Origin: Deltaproteobacteria bacterium
Lineage (GTDB): Bacteria > Desulfobacterota > Desulfovibrionia > Desulfovibrionales > Desulfovibrionaceae
Direction of reading: 5' to 3'
Assembly (NCBI GenBank): GCA_031264465.1
Contig: JAISDX010000129.1
Coordinates: 1-30,396 of the forward strand
DNA length: 30,396 bases
Part shown: piece by piece, positions 8,756-17,906 of the stretch
How the letters are laid out: each line of letters opens with the position of its first letter
How positions within the stretch are numbered: position 1 is the stretch's first letter
Notes under the pieces: model-generated
Database searches by the model: none
What the model was told of the DNA's origin: nothing
Seen by the model: the letters and a program-made list of their open reading frames with translations, nothing else
Made by a program: the position numbers and the translations under genes

Positions 8756-9277
8756 CTATTTGGCGTAACTTTCCGGCGTCAGCCAGGTGAATTCTCCGTC
8801 CGGGTCGGCCGTCAGGTCGCGAATGCCGATGCGCAGAGCCCGGTTTACGGTGTCGTACATGGCCTGGAGCATGTTGGTGAACAGCCCGGAAAAGCCGCCG
8901 GCCTCGGCTCCTTCTGCGGCGACCAGTTCATAGGTGTGCCCGGCCGTGAACCGGTCGTAGCTGATGACGATGGCATTGCGATAATGGTAGCCGAAGGACT
9001 GGCTGCTGTTTGCCTCCCGGCGGTAATCGAGCACAAAAGCGTGCTTGCCTTGCGGAATCCGCACCTGGGCCCAGTAGTCAAAAGTGTCGGCTTGCCAGTT
9101 TACTTCCTCGCCGTCCATCTCCAGCACGGTAAGCGTGGAAATTACCTTGAGCGCGCAGGTTTGTTCGGCCGGCACGGCCGGGGTGTACTGTATGGAGGTG
9201 GCCGAAGAAACGCAGCCGCCCAGCAGGAGCGCGGCCAATACGGCCAGGAGCCGGAAACGCGGGTCAAGAGCTTTCAT
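8756..9277 (-). CDS. Hypothetical lipoprotein (signal peptide plus lipobox LLGGC)
   Basis: Internal start MKALDPRFRLLAVLAALLLGGC has an RBS AGGGGA 6 nt upstream. The 9343 start in the ORF track would add 22 aa with no signal-peptide logic. No recognisable domain. Confidence 0.55.
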   Translation of the reverse strand: MKALDPRFRLLAVLAALLLGGCVSSATSIQYTPAVPAEQTCALKVISTLTVLEMDGEEVNWQADTFDYWAQVRIPQGKHAFVLDYRREANSSQSFGYHYRNAIVISYDRFTAGHTYELVAAEGAEAGGFSGLFTNMLQAMYDTVNRALRIGIRDLTADPDGEFTWLTPESYAK

Positions 9278-9288
9278 AAATTTTCCCC

Positions 9289-9318
9289 TTATTACCCAAC
9301 TTGTTATTACCCAACTTG
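9289..9318. repeat. Perfect tandem direct repeat, 2 x 15 bp (TTATTACCCAACTTG), immediately upstream of the lipoprotein RBS
   Basis: Read directly: 9289-9303 and 9304-9318 are identical. The repeat sits in the leader/promoter region between the sigma-54 activator stop and the lipoprotein start. Confidence 0.8.
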
Positions 9319-9391
9319 TAAAACAATCAGCGCTTATGATCAAATGCTCAAAGCGCGCCTCGCCGCCTTTCCGGCGGTAAAGCCGGGGCCG

Positions 9392-10822
9392 CTACTTGAA
9401 CCCGTATTTGGCGATTTTACGTTGCAGCGTGCGCTTGCTTTTGTCCAGGGCTGCGGCCGCTTTTTCCAGGTTCCAGCCGCAGCCGTTCAGGAGGGCGAGC
9501 AGCTTGGCGCGCTCAAACTCGCTGAAAGAACCCGGCGCCGGCCGCGCGAGTTCGTCCGGGATTGCAAGCGGCGCCGGGGGCTGACCGCTCAAGGCGTTGT
9601 CTTCGCCGGGCAGTCTGGACGAAAAATCAATTTCTCCCATGGATAGGTACTTGATGACGGCGTGGTGCAATTCCCGCACGTTTCCCGGCCAGTTATGCGC
9701 CTTGAAGCGCCGCATGGCCTCTTCCGGAATCAGCGGGCGGCCCTGTGGCGGAGTGAGGCGGTTGTCGTGGTAAAAACGCTCCGCAAAGGCGGTGATCAGG
9801 ATTTCCATGTCGCCGGCGCGCTCGCGCAGGGGCGGCATGGTGATGGTAAGCTGTTTGATGCGGTGGTAAAAGTCCAGGCGCATGATTCCGGCCGCGATCA
9901 GCGGGTGCAGCTTGCGGTTGGTGGCGCAGATCAGCCGGAAATGGGAGTTTTTCACCTTGGTGCTGCCCACCGGGGTGTAGCCGTGGCCGTCCAGAACCCG
10001 TAAAAGCTTGATCTGCATGCTCACGGGCATCTCCCCCACTTCGTCCAGAAACAGCGTGCCCTGGTTGACCACGTCCAGGTAGCCCTGCCGGTTTTCCGTG
10101 GCCCCGCTGAAAGCTCCCTTCACATGGCCGAAGAGTTCGCTTTCCATCAAGTGTTCACTGATGGCGCCGCAGTTAAGGGCGATGAAGGAATTGTTGTGAA
10201 AAACGCTCATTTCGTGGATGGCCCGGGCGGCCAGATCCTTGCCGGTGCCGGATTCACCCTGGATAAGCACGTGGGCCTGAGTGGGCGCTATTTTGAGGAT
10301 GTTTTCGATGACGGTTTTCATGGCCGGGCTGTATCCGATAAGCTGGGCCAACGAGGTGCCGGCGGCCCGCTCGCGCGGGGCTTGCTCCGTGAGGTAGGGC
10401 AGAATGTCGAAGCCGGGCTGGAGCGTGAAATCCATGAGCACTCCGGCCGCTCCGATGAGTTCGCCGTGTTCGTCAAACAGGAGCAGGCCCTTGTCAATGA
10501 CCCTTTTCGGGATGTTGCGCGCGGTGCGCAACGTGCAGAGCAGGCTGAACTGGCTGGTTTCCGTCTCGGAATGAATTGGAATGGTGCCGTACAGGGTTTC
10601 GTCCATGTTCAGGTCGGCGAAGCTCATCTTGCCGATAAGCTCTTCTTTTTTATAGCCTAGCAGCGGGGTGATGCCGTCGCTCACGAACTCGACAATCCAG
10701 CCGGCGGGCAGTTTGCGCGAATAGTAAAAGGCGAACGGTTGCTGGCCCAGCAGGCTGGAGAACAGCCTGAAGAAATTCATCATCCCTTCGGCATCGTCGG
10801 GGCTGAAATATACGTTGTGCAT
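9392..10822 (-). CDS. Sigma-54-dependent transcriptional activator (enhancer-binding protein) with an N-terminal PAS-like sensor, central AAA+ sigma-54 interaction domain and C-terminal Fis-type HTH
   Basis: RBS GGGAGG precedes the ATG. Walker A GESGTGKDLAARAIH, GAFSGA (GAFTGA variant), ...FRLICATN..., and a C-terminal HTH TLQRKIAKYG. Confidence 0.9.
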   Translation of the reverse strand: MHNVYFSPDDAEGMMNFFRLFSSLLGQQPFAFYYSRKLPAGWIVEFVSDGITPLLGYKKEELIGKMSFADLNMDETLYGTIPIHSETETSQFSLLCTLRTARNIPKRVIDKGLLLFDEHGELIGAAGVLMDFTLQPGFDILPYLTEQAPRERAAGTSLAQLIGYSPAMKTVIENILKIAPTQAHVLIQGESGTGKDLAARAIHEMSVFHNNSFIALNCGAISEHLMESELFGHVKGAFSGATENRQGYLDVVNQGTLFLDEVGEMPVSMQIKLLRVLDGHGYTPVGSTKVKNSHFRLICATNRKLHPLIAAGIMRLDFYHRIKQLTITMPPLRERAGDMEILITAFAERFYHDNRLTPPQGRPLIPEEAMRRFKAHNWPGNVRELHHAVIKYLSMGEIDFSSRLPGEDNALSGQPPAPLAIPDELARPAPGSFSEFERAKLLALLNGCGWNLEKAAAALDKSKRTLQRKIAKYGFK

Positions 10823-10979
10823 ACCGCCTCCCTGGCCTGCCCGTCAGGCGGAAATTGCCATTTTCAGACAAGAAATGACAATTATAGTCAAAATATGGCA
10901 GTAATTGTCCTGATTTGTCCAGAAAAATTGCTGTTGCAAAAATATTAAGTAAAATAATAATGTTACGCGGTAGGTTTTT

Positions 10980-10994
10980 TGGCACGCAAGTTGC
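10980..10994 (+). promoter_or_regulatory. Sigma-54 (-24/-12) promoter, TGGCAC-gcaag-TTGC, directing transcription toward the ocd-like/brnQ genes
   Basis: Exact consensus TGGCACG-N4-TTGC in an AT-rich 300-bp divergent intergenic region, ~130 nt upstream of the ATG at 11125 and divergent from a sigma-54 activator gene. Confidence 0.65.
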
Positions 10995-11124
10995 CATATA
11001 CAAGTAAGGCCTTTTGTATTTCATCCCGGGACAGCATGAAGCGAATCAGTTCAGGCAAATTGTGTTCACCGCCAGTTTGCGTGCTTGGCCTTGTCCGGCG
11101 CGCTGCCAACAACAGGAGAATGAC

Positions 11125-12177
11125 ATGCTCGACGAAAAAACCCGCAACAGCTACCTGGAAAAACTCGCCATCGGCAACGAAGTGCTCTACTTGAGCGAGC
11201 AGGATTGCAAAGATACCGGCACCACCGTGCCGGAAATCATCGCCGCCACCGAGGCCGCCATGGCGGCCTACTCGAAAAAGGAAACCGAAATGCCGGCCAA
11301 AATCGGCCTGCACCCCATGCCCGATTCACTCATGCACGCCATGCCGGCTTACATAAAAAGCGCTTACGCCTGCGGCATCAAGTGGGGCAGCAACTTCCCG
11401 ACCAACCGCCAGCACTACCCGGGCGTTACGCCCACCAACTGCCAGATAATTTACAACGACGCTTCCTCCGGCCTCCCCCTGGCCATTATGGACGCCACCT
11501 GGATTACCGAAATCCGCACTCCGGCCACGGCCCTGGTCAGCATCAAATACGGCGCGAGCAACAAAGCCAGAACGTTCGGCATGATCGGCTGCGGCATCCA
11601 GGGCAAGGCCAACGTCAAGATGATCGAACTCGTCCTGCCCGAGCTTGAGACCATTTATGTCTACAACCGGGGGCCGGCCGCCATGGACGCGCTCGTCGCG
11701 GAATGCCAGCCCAAGGTGAAGGCGAAAATCGTCAAGTGCGCGAACCCGGAAGATCTGGTGCGCAATTCCGAGGTGATTACCTCGGCCATTCCCATTGCCC
11801 ACACTCCGGCTCCCTTCGTAAAGCAGGCTTGGGTGGGCAAAGGCAAGACCCTCGTCTGTCTGGACTGCCACAGCGTGTACGAAGACGCGGTCTACAAGAG
11901 CGCCACCCGCTATTACGTGGACAGCATCGAGCAGCACGAGCTCCTTAAGGGCTACGGCTACTATCCCTGGGGGCTGCCGGCCATTACCGGCGAAACCGGC
12001 GCCCTGGCGGCGGGCCTGGTGCCAGGCCGCAAAGACAAGGACGACCTGCTCATTTTCAACAACGTGGGCATGGCGGTTGAAGACATGCTCTGCGCCAAAA
12101 TCATCTTCGAGCGCGCTCTGAAAATGGACCTGGGCGTGAAGCTCCCCCTGTGGAAGAGCACCAACGGTCTGCAATAA
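11125..12177 (+). CDS. Ornithine cyclodeaminase/mu-crystallin family protein (NAD-dependent cyclodeaminase or dehydrogenase)
   Basis: RBS AGGAGA precedes the ATG at 11125; the 11014 start in the ORF track is an unsupported extension. Rossmann GxGxQG (IGCGIQGKAN) and overall OCD/mu-crystallin-like sequence. Confidence 0.75.
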   Translation: MLDEKTRNSYLEKLAIGNEVLYLSEQDCKDTGTTVPEIIAATEAAMAAYSKKETEMPAKIGLHPMPDSLMHAMPAYIKSAYACGIKWGSNFPTNRQHYPGVTPTNCQIIYNDASSGLPLAIMDATWITEIRTPATALVSIKYGASNKARTFGMIGCGIQGKANVKMIELVLPELETIYVYNRGPAAMDALVAECQPKVKAKIVKCANPEDLVRNSEVITSAIPIAHTPAPFVKQAWVGKGKTLVCLDCHSVYEDAVYKSATRYYVDSIEQHELLKGYGYYPWGLPAITGETGALAAGLVPGRKDKDDLLIFNNVGMAVEDMLCAKIIFERALKMDLGVKLPLWKSTNGLQ

Positions 12178-12408
12178 CGATAACCTGTCGGCTGAACCCT
12201 CGCGGCGTGTCGGGCCGCCCCCGGTATCATCTGGAAGCGCTCGGCACGCCTAGTCAAGCAAGTCAATTTGCAGATCAATGGCAATGCGGCGTTTTTCTCC
12301 CGTTCAGCTTTGCCCCGCCAGGGCAAAGGTTCCTCACAGTCGAAAGGAGCGTCTTTGAGCTGCATTCAAACCGGGCGTCCTGCCACGGCGTCCCGCGGAG
12401 AAACTGAA

Positions 12409-13698
12409 ATGAGCAGAATGACCAAAGATATCTGGATAATGGGCCTGGCCCTGTTTTCAATGTTTTTTGGAGCCGGCAGCGTGATTTTCCCGGTTTACCT
12501 GGGCATGGGCGCGGCCAATCAGTGGTTCCTGGGCTTTAACATCTTTTTCTGGGTGGACATCGGCATCGCCATGCTGGCCATTTTCGTCATGCTCCTGCGC
12601 GACAGCGATGTGGAAGGCGTAATGGCGCCGCTGGGCCGGGTTGCGGAAATCTTGATGATTTCCGCCATCATCCTCTGCATCGGCCCCATGCTGGCCATTC
12701 CGCGCACCGGGGCCACCGTGTATGAAATGGCGGTCGTGCCGGTGTTCGGGCGCGGCGGCCTCTGGCTGACTTCGATTATCTATTTCGGCCTGGTGCTGGC
12801 GCTGAGCATCAGGGAATCGGCCATTGTGGACATTCTGGGCAAGTTCCTTACCCCGGCCCTGTTCGCCGGCCTGGTAATCCTGATCGTCAAGGGCGTGGTC
12901 GGCCCCATCGGCCCCATTGCCGAGGCGCCCCTCATGAGCAACGTATTCGAGGAAGGACTCATTGCCGGCTATCAGGCCATGGACGTGCTGGGGGCGCTGG
13001 CCTTCGGCGTGCTGATTGTGCGCATTGCCGCCAGCAAGGGCTACACCAGCTATGCCGACAAGATGAAGGTCATCGGCCTGGGCAGCATCATCGGCGGCGC
13101 CGGGCTGTTTATGGTCTATTGCGGCTTGACTTACCTGGGAGCCACCGGCTCCGGCATTTTCAGCCTGGATATCAATCCCGGCCAGCTTTTGGTGGAAATT
13201 ATCTCGCGTCTGCTGGATCAGACCGGCGTCGTGCTTCTGGGCATTGTCATCGCTCTGGCCTGCCTGACCACAGCCGTGGCCCTGGTGGGCGCCAGCGCCT
13301 CTTATTTTTCCCGGCTGAGCGGCTACAAAATCAGCTACCGGGCCGTGGCCATCCTGGTGTGCGTGTTCAGCGCCTTTATTTCCAACATCGGGCTTTCCGC
13401 CATCATTTCCTTTGCCGCCCCGATTCTGGTGTTCGTATTCCCCGGCGCGCTGGTGATGATTTTCCTGACCCTGTTCCACAAGCGCATCCGCAACGTGAAC
13501 GTGTACCGCTTCGCCACAGCCGGCGCCCTCCTGGTAAGCACCCTGGAAGTGGCGGCCTCGCTCGGCGCCCCCACCGGCTTTATCTCGGTTCTGCCGCTCT
13601 CGCACTACGGTTTTGCCTGGGTGTTGCCGGCCGCCCTGGGCGGACTGGCCGGCCACTTGGTGAAGAGGCGCGGCCAGCGGGACAACCCCGGCAATTAG
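12409..13698 (+). CDS. brnQ: Branched-chain amino acid transport system II carrier protein (LIVCS family)
   Basis: RBS GGAGAAA precedes the ATG at 12409. About 12 TM segments and a BrnQ-like N-terminus (IWIMGLALFSMFFGAGSVIFP). Confidence 0.85.
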   Translation: MSRMTKDIWIMGLALFSMFFGAGSVIFPVYLGMGAANQWFLGFNIFFWVDIGIAMLAIFVMLLRDSDVEGVMAPLGRVAEILMISAIILCIGPMLAIPRTGATVYEMAVVPVFGRGGLWLTSIIYFGLVLALSIRESAIVDILGKFLTPALFAGLVILIVKGVVGPIGPIAEAPLMSNVFEEGLIAGYQAMDVLGALAFGVLIVRIAASKGYTSYADKMKVIGLGSIIGGAGLFMVYCGLTYLGATGSGIFSLDINPGQLLVEIISRLLDQTGVVLLGIVIALACLTTAVALVGASASYFSRLSGYKISYRAVAILVCVFSAFISNIGLSAIISFAAPILVFVFPGALVMIFLTLFHKRIRNVNVYRFATAGALLVSTLEVAASLGAPTGFISVLPLSHYGFAWVLPAALGGLAGHLVKRRGQRDNPGN

Positions 13699-13918
13699 GC
13701 CGCCCCGCTGGTCGAACAACCTGAAATTTGACGCTTTAACAAGCCGGCCCGTAAATCCATAAAGCCGGCGCCGAAACATTGAACTGCCCCCGATCAGGGT
13801 TTTCCAGGGTTAGCCAAGTGGAGCTTGCTTGCCTTGTTTACCTTGCTGGGGGCAGATTACATGCTTAAGCGGCCTTTCCTTAACGGTTGACGCGCCAGCG
13901 GCTAGCGGGTATCAGGAT

Positions 13919-13937
13919 GTGGCATGCCATACGCCAC
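13919..13937. promoter_or_regulatory. Palindromic element GTGGCATGCCATACGCCAC (core TGGCATGCCA) ~120 nt upstream of fhs; fits the GG-N10-GC spacing of a sigma-54 -24/-12 element, or could be an operator
   Basis: Read directly: a 10-bp perfect palindrome. TGGCAT-N5-aCGC is a partial sigma-54 consensus. Confidence 0.3.
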
Positions 13938-14053
13938 ACTTGAAGCCCGTAAATTTCAGGCGCCGCTGGAGCCTTTTGTTACCCTGGCGCGCGGTCGGTT
14001 TATTTCAAACACGCAAGCCCGGCTTGTAAAAGAATTGGGACAGGAGAAAAAAC

Positions 14054-15727
14054 ATGAGCTTCCTCAGCGATATTGAAATCGCCCAGCAGAACGAGAAATT
14101 GGACATCCGCAAAGTGGCCGCCTTTGCCGGGGTGGATGAAAAATATCTTGAGCTTTACGGCAACTACAAGGCCAAGGTGGACCTCGGCCTGCTGCATGAA
14201 AGCAAGCGCCCGGACGGCAAGCTGATTCTGGTGACCGCCATCACCCCCACCCCGGCCGGCGAAGGCAAGACCACCACCACGGTGGGTTTGGCCGACGGCT
14301 TGCGCAAGATTGGCAAAAACGCGGTGGTGGCCCTGCGCGAGCCGTCCCTCGGCCCGGTGTTCGGCATCAAGGGCGGCGCGGCCGGCGGCGGCTACGCCCA
14401 GGTGGTGCCCATGGAAGACATCAACCTGCACTTCACCGGCGACTTTCACGCCGTGGGCGCGGCCAACAACCTGCTGGCCGCCATGCTGGATAACCACATG
14501 CAGCAGGGCAACGCCCTGAACATCGACGCCCGCAAAATTACCTGGAAGCGCGCCCTGGACATGAATGACCGCCAGCTCCGCCACATTGTCAGCGGACTGG
14601 GCGGCACCCCCAACGGCAAGACCCGCGAGGACGGCTTTGAAATTACCGTGGCCTCGGAAGTTATGGCCATTCTCTGCCTGGCCACCGGCATCGCCGACCT
14701 GAAAGCCCGCCTGGCCCGCATCGTCGTGGGCTACACCTTCGAGGGCAAGCCCGTCACCGCCGGCGACCTGAACGCCCAAGGCGCCATGACCGCCCTGCTT
14801 AAAGACGCGCTCAAGCCCAACCTGGTGCAAACCCTCGAGCACACTCCGGCCTTCATCCACGGCGGCCCCTTCGCCAACATCGCCCACGGCTGCAACTCCA
14901 TCATGGCCACCCGCCTGGCCATGAAGCTGGGCGACTACGCCGTTACCGAAGCCGGCTTCGGCGCCGACCTGGGCGCGGAAAAATTTCTGGACATCAAATG
15001 CCGCCTGGCCGGCCTTAACCCTTCCGCCGCCGTCATCGTCGGAACCGTGCGCGCCCTGAAGCACCACGGCGGCGTCGCCAAGGCCGACCTGACCAAAGAA
15101 AACCTGGCCGCCCTGGAAAAAGGCCTGCCCAACCTGATCCGCCACATGGAAAACCTGACCCAGGTGTTCGGCCTGCCGGCCGTGGTGGCCATTAACCGCT
15201 TCCCCACCGACACCGAGGCCGAACTCGCCATGGTCGAGAAAAAATGCGCCGAGCGCGGCGTGAAAGCCGTGCTGTCCGAGGTCTGGGGCAAGGGCGGCGC
15301 CGGCGGCACGGCCCTTGCCGAGGAAGTCGTCCGGCTGTGTGAACGGCCCGCCAAGCTCAACTTCTGCTACGACCTGAACAAAACCATTGCCGAAAAAATT
15401 GAAGCCATCGCTCTAAAAATCTATCGCGGCAACGGCGTGCTCCTTACCCCCGCCGCCCAGAAGCAGGCGGCCGAGCTCGAACGCCTTGGCTTCGGCCATC
15501 TCCCCATCTGCATGGCCAAAACCCAGTACAGCTTCGCCGACGACGCTACGCTCCTGGGCGCGCCCTCGGGCTTCACCGTGACCGTGCGTAACTTGAAAGT
15601 CTCTTCCGGCGCCGGCTTCATCGTGGCCCTGACCGGCGACATCATGACCATGCCCGGCCTGCCCAAGGTGCCCAGCGCCGAAAAAATCGATGTGGACGAA
15701 AACGGCAGAATCAGCGGACTGTTTTAA
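14054..15727 (+). CDS. fhs: Formate--tetrahydrofolate ligase (formyl-THF synthetase)
   Basis: RBS AGGAGA. Signature [19 protein letters not shown] and full-length (557 aa) FTHFS-like sequence. Confidence 0.95.
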   Translation: MSFLSDIEIAQQNEKLDIRKVAAFAGVDEKYLELYGNYKAKVDLGLLHESKRPDGKLILVTAITPTPAGEGKTTTTVGLADGLRKIGKNAVVALREPSLGPVFGIKGGAAGGGYAQVVPMEDINLHFTGDFHAVGAANNLLAAMLDNHMQQGNALNIDARKITWKRALDMNDRQLRHIVSGLGGTPNGKTREDGFEITVASEVMAILCLATGIADLKARLARIVVGYTFEGKPVTAGDLNAQGAMTALLKDALKPNLVQTLEHTPAFIHGGPFANIAHGCNSIMATRLAMKLGDYAVTEAGFGADLGAEKFLDIKCRLAGLNPSAAVIVGTVRALKHHGGVAKADLTKENLAALEKGLPNLIRHMENLTQVFGLPAVVAINRFPTDTEAELAMVEKKCAERGVKAVLSEVWGKGGAGGTALAEEVVRLCERPAKLNFCYDLNKTIAEKIEAIALKIYRGNGVLLTPAAQKQAAELERLGFGHLPICMAKTQYSFADDATLLGAPSGFTVTVRNLKVSSGAGFIVALTGDIMTMPGLPKVPSAEKIDVDENGRISGLF

Positions 15728-15736
15728 AGGATCGAT

Positions 15737-16381
15737 ATGACGGGAGTTGCCATGAGGCTTGCCGAACAGAGTTGCGAAGAGTTTGTGGCCGCGCTGGCCT
15801 CCAAGGCGCCGGTGCCGGGCGGCGGTTCCGCCTCGGCCTTGGTGGCGGCCCTGGGCGCGGCCTTGGGCAGCATGGTGGGCAACCTTACTTTGGGCAAGAA
15901 AAAATACGCCGCCGTGCAGGCTGAGATTGCCGCCCTGCTGGAAAAGGCCAGGGCCGTTCAGGCTGAACTCCTGGCCCTGGCGCAACGTGACGCCGAGGCT
16001 TTTGAACCGCTCTCCCGCGCTTACGGTCTGCCGCAGGAAACGGACCAGCAGAAAAAACACAAAACCGAAGTGCTGGAGCAGGCCCTGTGGGAGGCTTCGG
16101 CCGTGCCGCTGCTGATCATGGAACAATGCGCCGCCGCCCTGGAACTTCACGCCCGGTTCGCGCAAAAAGGAAGCGCGCTGGCCCTTTCCGATGCCGGCGC
16201 CGGGGCCGCCATTTGCCAGGGGGCGCTCAAGTCCGCCGCGCTCAACGTTTTTATCAACGTCAAGGCCATGCTGGATCGCCCGCGGGCGGAAGAACTGAAA
16301 AACCAGGCGCACCGGCTGCTGGAGGAAACCAACCGCCGGGCCGAAGCCGTTTACCAGGACGTGCTTGGCCGGCTGCTCTAA
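15737..16381 (+). CDS. fchA: Methenyltetrahydrofolate cyclohydrolase (FchA / formiminotransferase-cyclodeaminase C-terminal-domain family)
   Basis: Signature PGGGSASALVAALGAALGSMV and size ~210 aa. Alternative start at MRLAEQ (15752). Confidence 0.8.
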   Translation: MTGVAMRLAEQSCEEFVAALASKAPVPGGGSASALVAALGAALGSMVGNLTLGKKKYAAVQAEIAALLEKARAVQAELLALAQRDAEAFEPLSRAYGLPQETDQQKKHKTEVLEQALWEASAVPLLIMEQCAAALELHARFAQKGSALALSDAGAGAAICQGALKSAALNVFINVKAMLDRPRAEELKNQAHRLLEETNRRAEAVYQDVLGRLL

Positions 16382-16395
16382 AAAAGGAGATCTCC

Positions 16396-17247
16396 ATGGC
16401 TACGCTGCTTAAAGGACCGGAAGTAACCGCAGCCCTGAATGCCAAACTTGTCAAGCAGACCGCCGAGCTCAAGGCCGGCGGCGTTTACCCGACCATGGCC
16501 ATGGTGCGGGTGGGCGAACGGGAAGAGGATATTTCCTACGAGCGCGGCGCCGTAAAGCGCTGCCAGCACATCGGGGCGGCCATCCGGCAGTACGTCCTGC
16601 CCCTTGATGCCACCCAGGAATCCATCCTGGCGGTCATCCAGAACCTGAACGCCGACCCGACCGTACACGGCGTGCTCATTTTCCGGCCTCTCCCCCCGCA
16701 CATGGACGACGCCGTGGTTCGCAACGCCCTGCACCCCTCCAAAGACCTGGACGGCATCAGCAACGCTTCGCTCTCCTACGTGTTTTCCGGTATCTCCACG
16801 GGTTTTCCGCCCTGCACCGCCCAGGCTTGCCTGGAAATCATAGATTATTACGGCATTGGGCTCAAGGGCCGCAAAGTGGCGGTAATCGGGCGCAGCCTGG
16901 TGGTGGGCAAGCCGGTTTCCATGATGCTGCTGGACCGCGACGCCACCGTCACCATCTGCCACCGTAACACCGCGAACCTCCCCGAAATCTGCCGCGCGGC
17001 CGACGTGCTGATCGTGGCGGCCGGGCAGGCCGGCATTGTCGACCAAAGCTTTCTCTCGCCCGGCCAGACCGTCATTGACGTGGGCATCCATCCCGACGCT
17101 TCCGGCAAAATCAGCGGCGACGTGCTCTTTGACCAGGCCGAACCCGTGGTCGGGGCCATTACCCCGGTGCCCGGCGGCGTTGGCGCCGTAACCACCACCG
17201 TGCTGATCAAGCACTTGGTGGAAGCCGCCCGCCGCAACTTGAAATAG
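16396..17247 (+). CDS. folD: Bifunctional methylenetetrahydrofolate dehydrogenase / methenyl-THF cyclohydrolase
   Basis: RBS AAGGAGA precedes the ATG at 16396; the 16087 start in the ORF track overlaps fchA in another frame. Motifs GRSLVVGKP and PVPGGVGAVTT. Confidence 0.9.
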   Translation: MATLLKGPEVTAALNAKLVKQTAELKAGGVYPTMAMVRVGEREEDISYERGAVKRCQHIGAAIRQYVLPLDATQESILAVIQNLNADPTVHGVLIFRPLPPHMDDAVVRNALHPSKDLDGISNASLSYVFSGISTGFPPCTAQACLEIIDYYGIGLKGRKVAVIGRSLVVGKPVSMMLLDRDATVTICHRNTANLPEICRAADVLIVAAGQAGIVDQSFLSPGQTVIDVGIHPDASGKISGDVLFDQAEPVVGAITPVPGGVGAVTTTVLIKHLVEAARRNLK

Positions 17248-17294
17248 TGAGGAATTATCCCGAAAGACGTTGCCGGCTCGGGAAGGCCGCCTGA

Positions 17295-17906
17295 TTACTG
17301 CGCGCTGACCTTGGCTTCCTCTTCCCGGCCGGTTGTGAAGCCGGGAAATTCCGCCAAATATTTTTCCCAGACCGGCCGATCCCACATGGCCAGGGACAAG
17401 GGGTCGATGCGTTCGCCGTCCAGAATCACTTCAAAATGCAGGTTGGGGCCGGTGGTCTTGCCGGTGCGCCCCACAGTGCCGAGCTTGTCGCCGGTGGCGA
17501 GAACGTCGCCCCGCGCGACGGTAATTTTGTCCAGGTGCGCGTAACGGGTTTGCAGGCCGCCGCCGTGATCTAGTTCCACGGTTCGGCCGTAGCCCGCGAT
17601 CACTCCGGTAAACACGACTTCGCCGTCGGCCGGGGCCACAATGCCGGTGCCGCGCGCGGCCGCTATGTCAATGCCGTTGTGCATGCGCGCCTGCCGTTCA
17701 CGGCGCAGCTTGCGCGGGCCGAAGCGGGAGGTGATGCGTCCGCCTTCCACCGGCATGATCAGGAACTGCGGCGCCTTGGGCGCTTCCACCAGGGCGGCCG
17801 GTTCGACCGGGTCAATGGCGGCGGTTTCGTGGTTTTTACAGGCCGGCAGCAGAGCCAGGCCGAACAGGAGCAGAGCGTAAAGGAGTCTGGAACGGGTATT
17901 GTTCAT
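17295..17906 (-). CDS. Secreted M23 family metallopeptidase (LytM/lysostaphin-type peptidoglycan endopeptidase)
   Basis: Signal peptide MNNTRSRLLYALLLFGLALLPAC. M23 motifs HNGIDIAA, GYGRTVELDHGGG, PNLHFEV. An upstream in-frame ATG at 18005 exists but gives a 33-aa pre-signal extension. Confidence 0.8.
   Translation of the reverse strand: MNNTRSRLLYALLLFGLALLPACKNHETAAIDPVEPAALVEAPKAPQFLIMPVEGGRITSRFGPRKLRRERQARMHNGIDIAAARGTGIVAPADGEVVFTGVIAGYGRTVELDHGGGLQTRYAHLDKITVARGDVLATGDKLGTVGRTGKTTGPNLHFEVILDGERIDPLSLAMWDRPVWEKYLAEFPGFTTGREEEAKVSAQ

Noticed and set aside
11014-11124. N-terminal extension of the OCD-family gene (start 11014)
   Set aside because: The extension would run across the sigma-54 promoter. 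The ATG at 11125 has an AGGAGA RBS.
12268-12408. ORF-track start of brnQ at 12268
   Set aside because: The extension is unsupported by an RBS and its composition is atypical. ATG 12409 has GGAGAAA upstream and gives a BrnQ-like N-terminus.
11326-13779. Minus-strand ORFs 11326..12174 and 12457..13779 antisense to ocd/brnQ; plus-strand 13119..13724 off-frame ORF
   Set aside because: Antisense or off-frame shadows with low-complexity, Gly/His/Ala-rich products. The real genes have clear family motifs.
13699-14053. Possible THF riboswitch upstream of fhs
   Set aside because: I cannot recognise the conserved THF-riboswitch core by eye. Those elements are described mainly in Firmicutes, whereas this is a high-GC Gram-negative-like locus. 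A covariance-model (Rfam/Infernal) scan would be needed. It is left only as the palindrome observation.
14000-16312. Minus-strand ORFs 14000..15145 and 15413..16312 antisense to fhs/fchA
   Set aside because: Shadow ORFs. fhs and fchA carry textbook signatures on the plus strand.
16087-16395. 309-nt N-terminal extension of folD overlapping fchA (ORF 16087..17247) and minus ORF 16378..17385
   Set aside because: The extension is Arg/Pro/Gly low-complexity and out of frame with fchA. The ATG at 16396 has an AAGGAGA RBS. The minus ORF is an antisense shadow that also overlaps the M23 gene.
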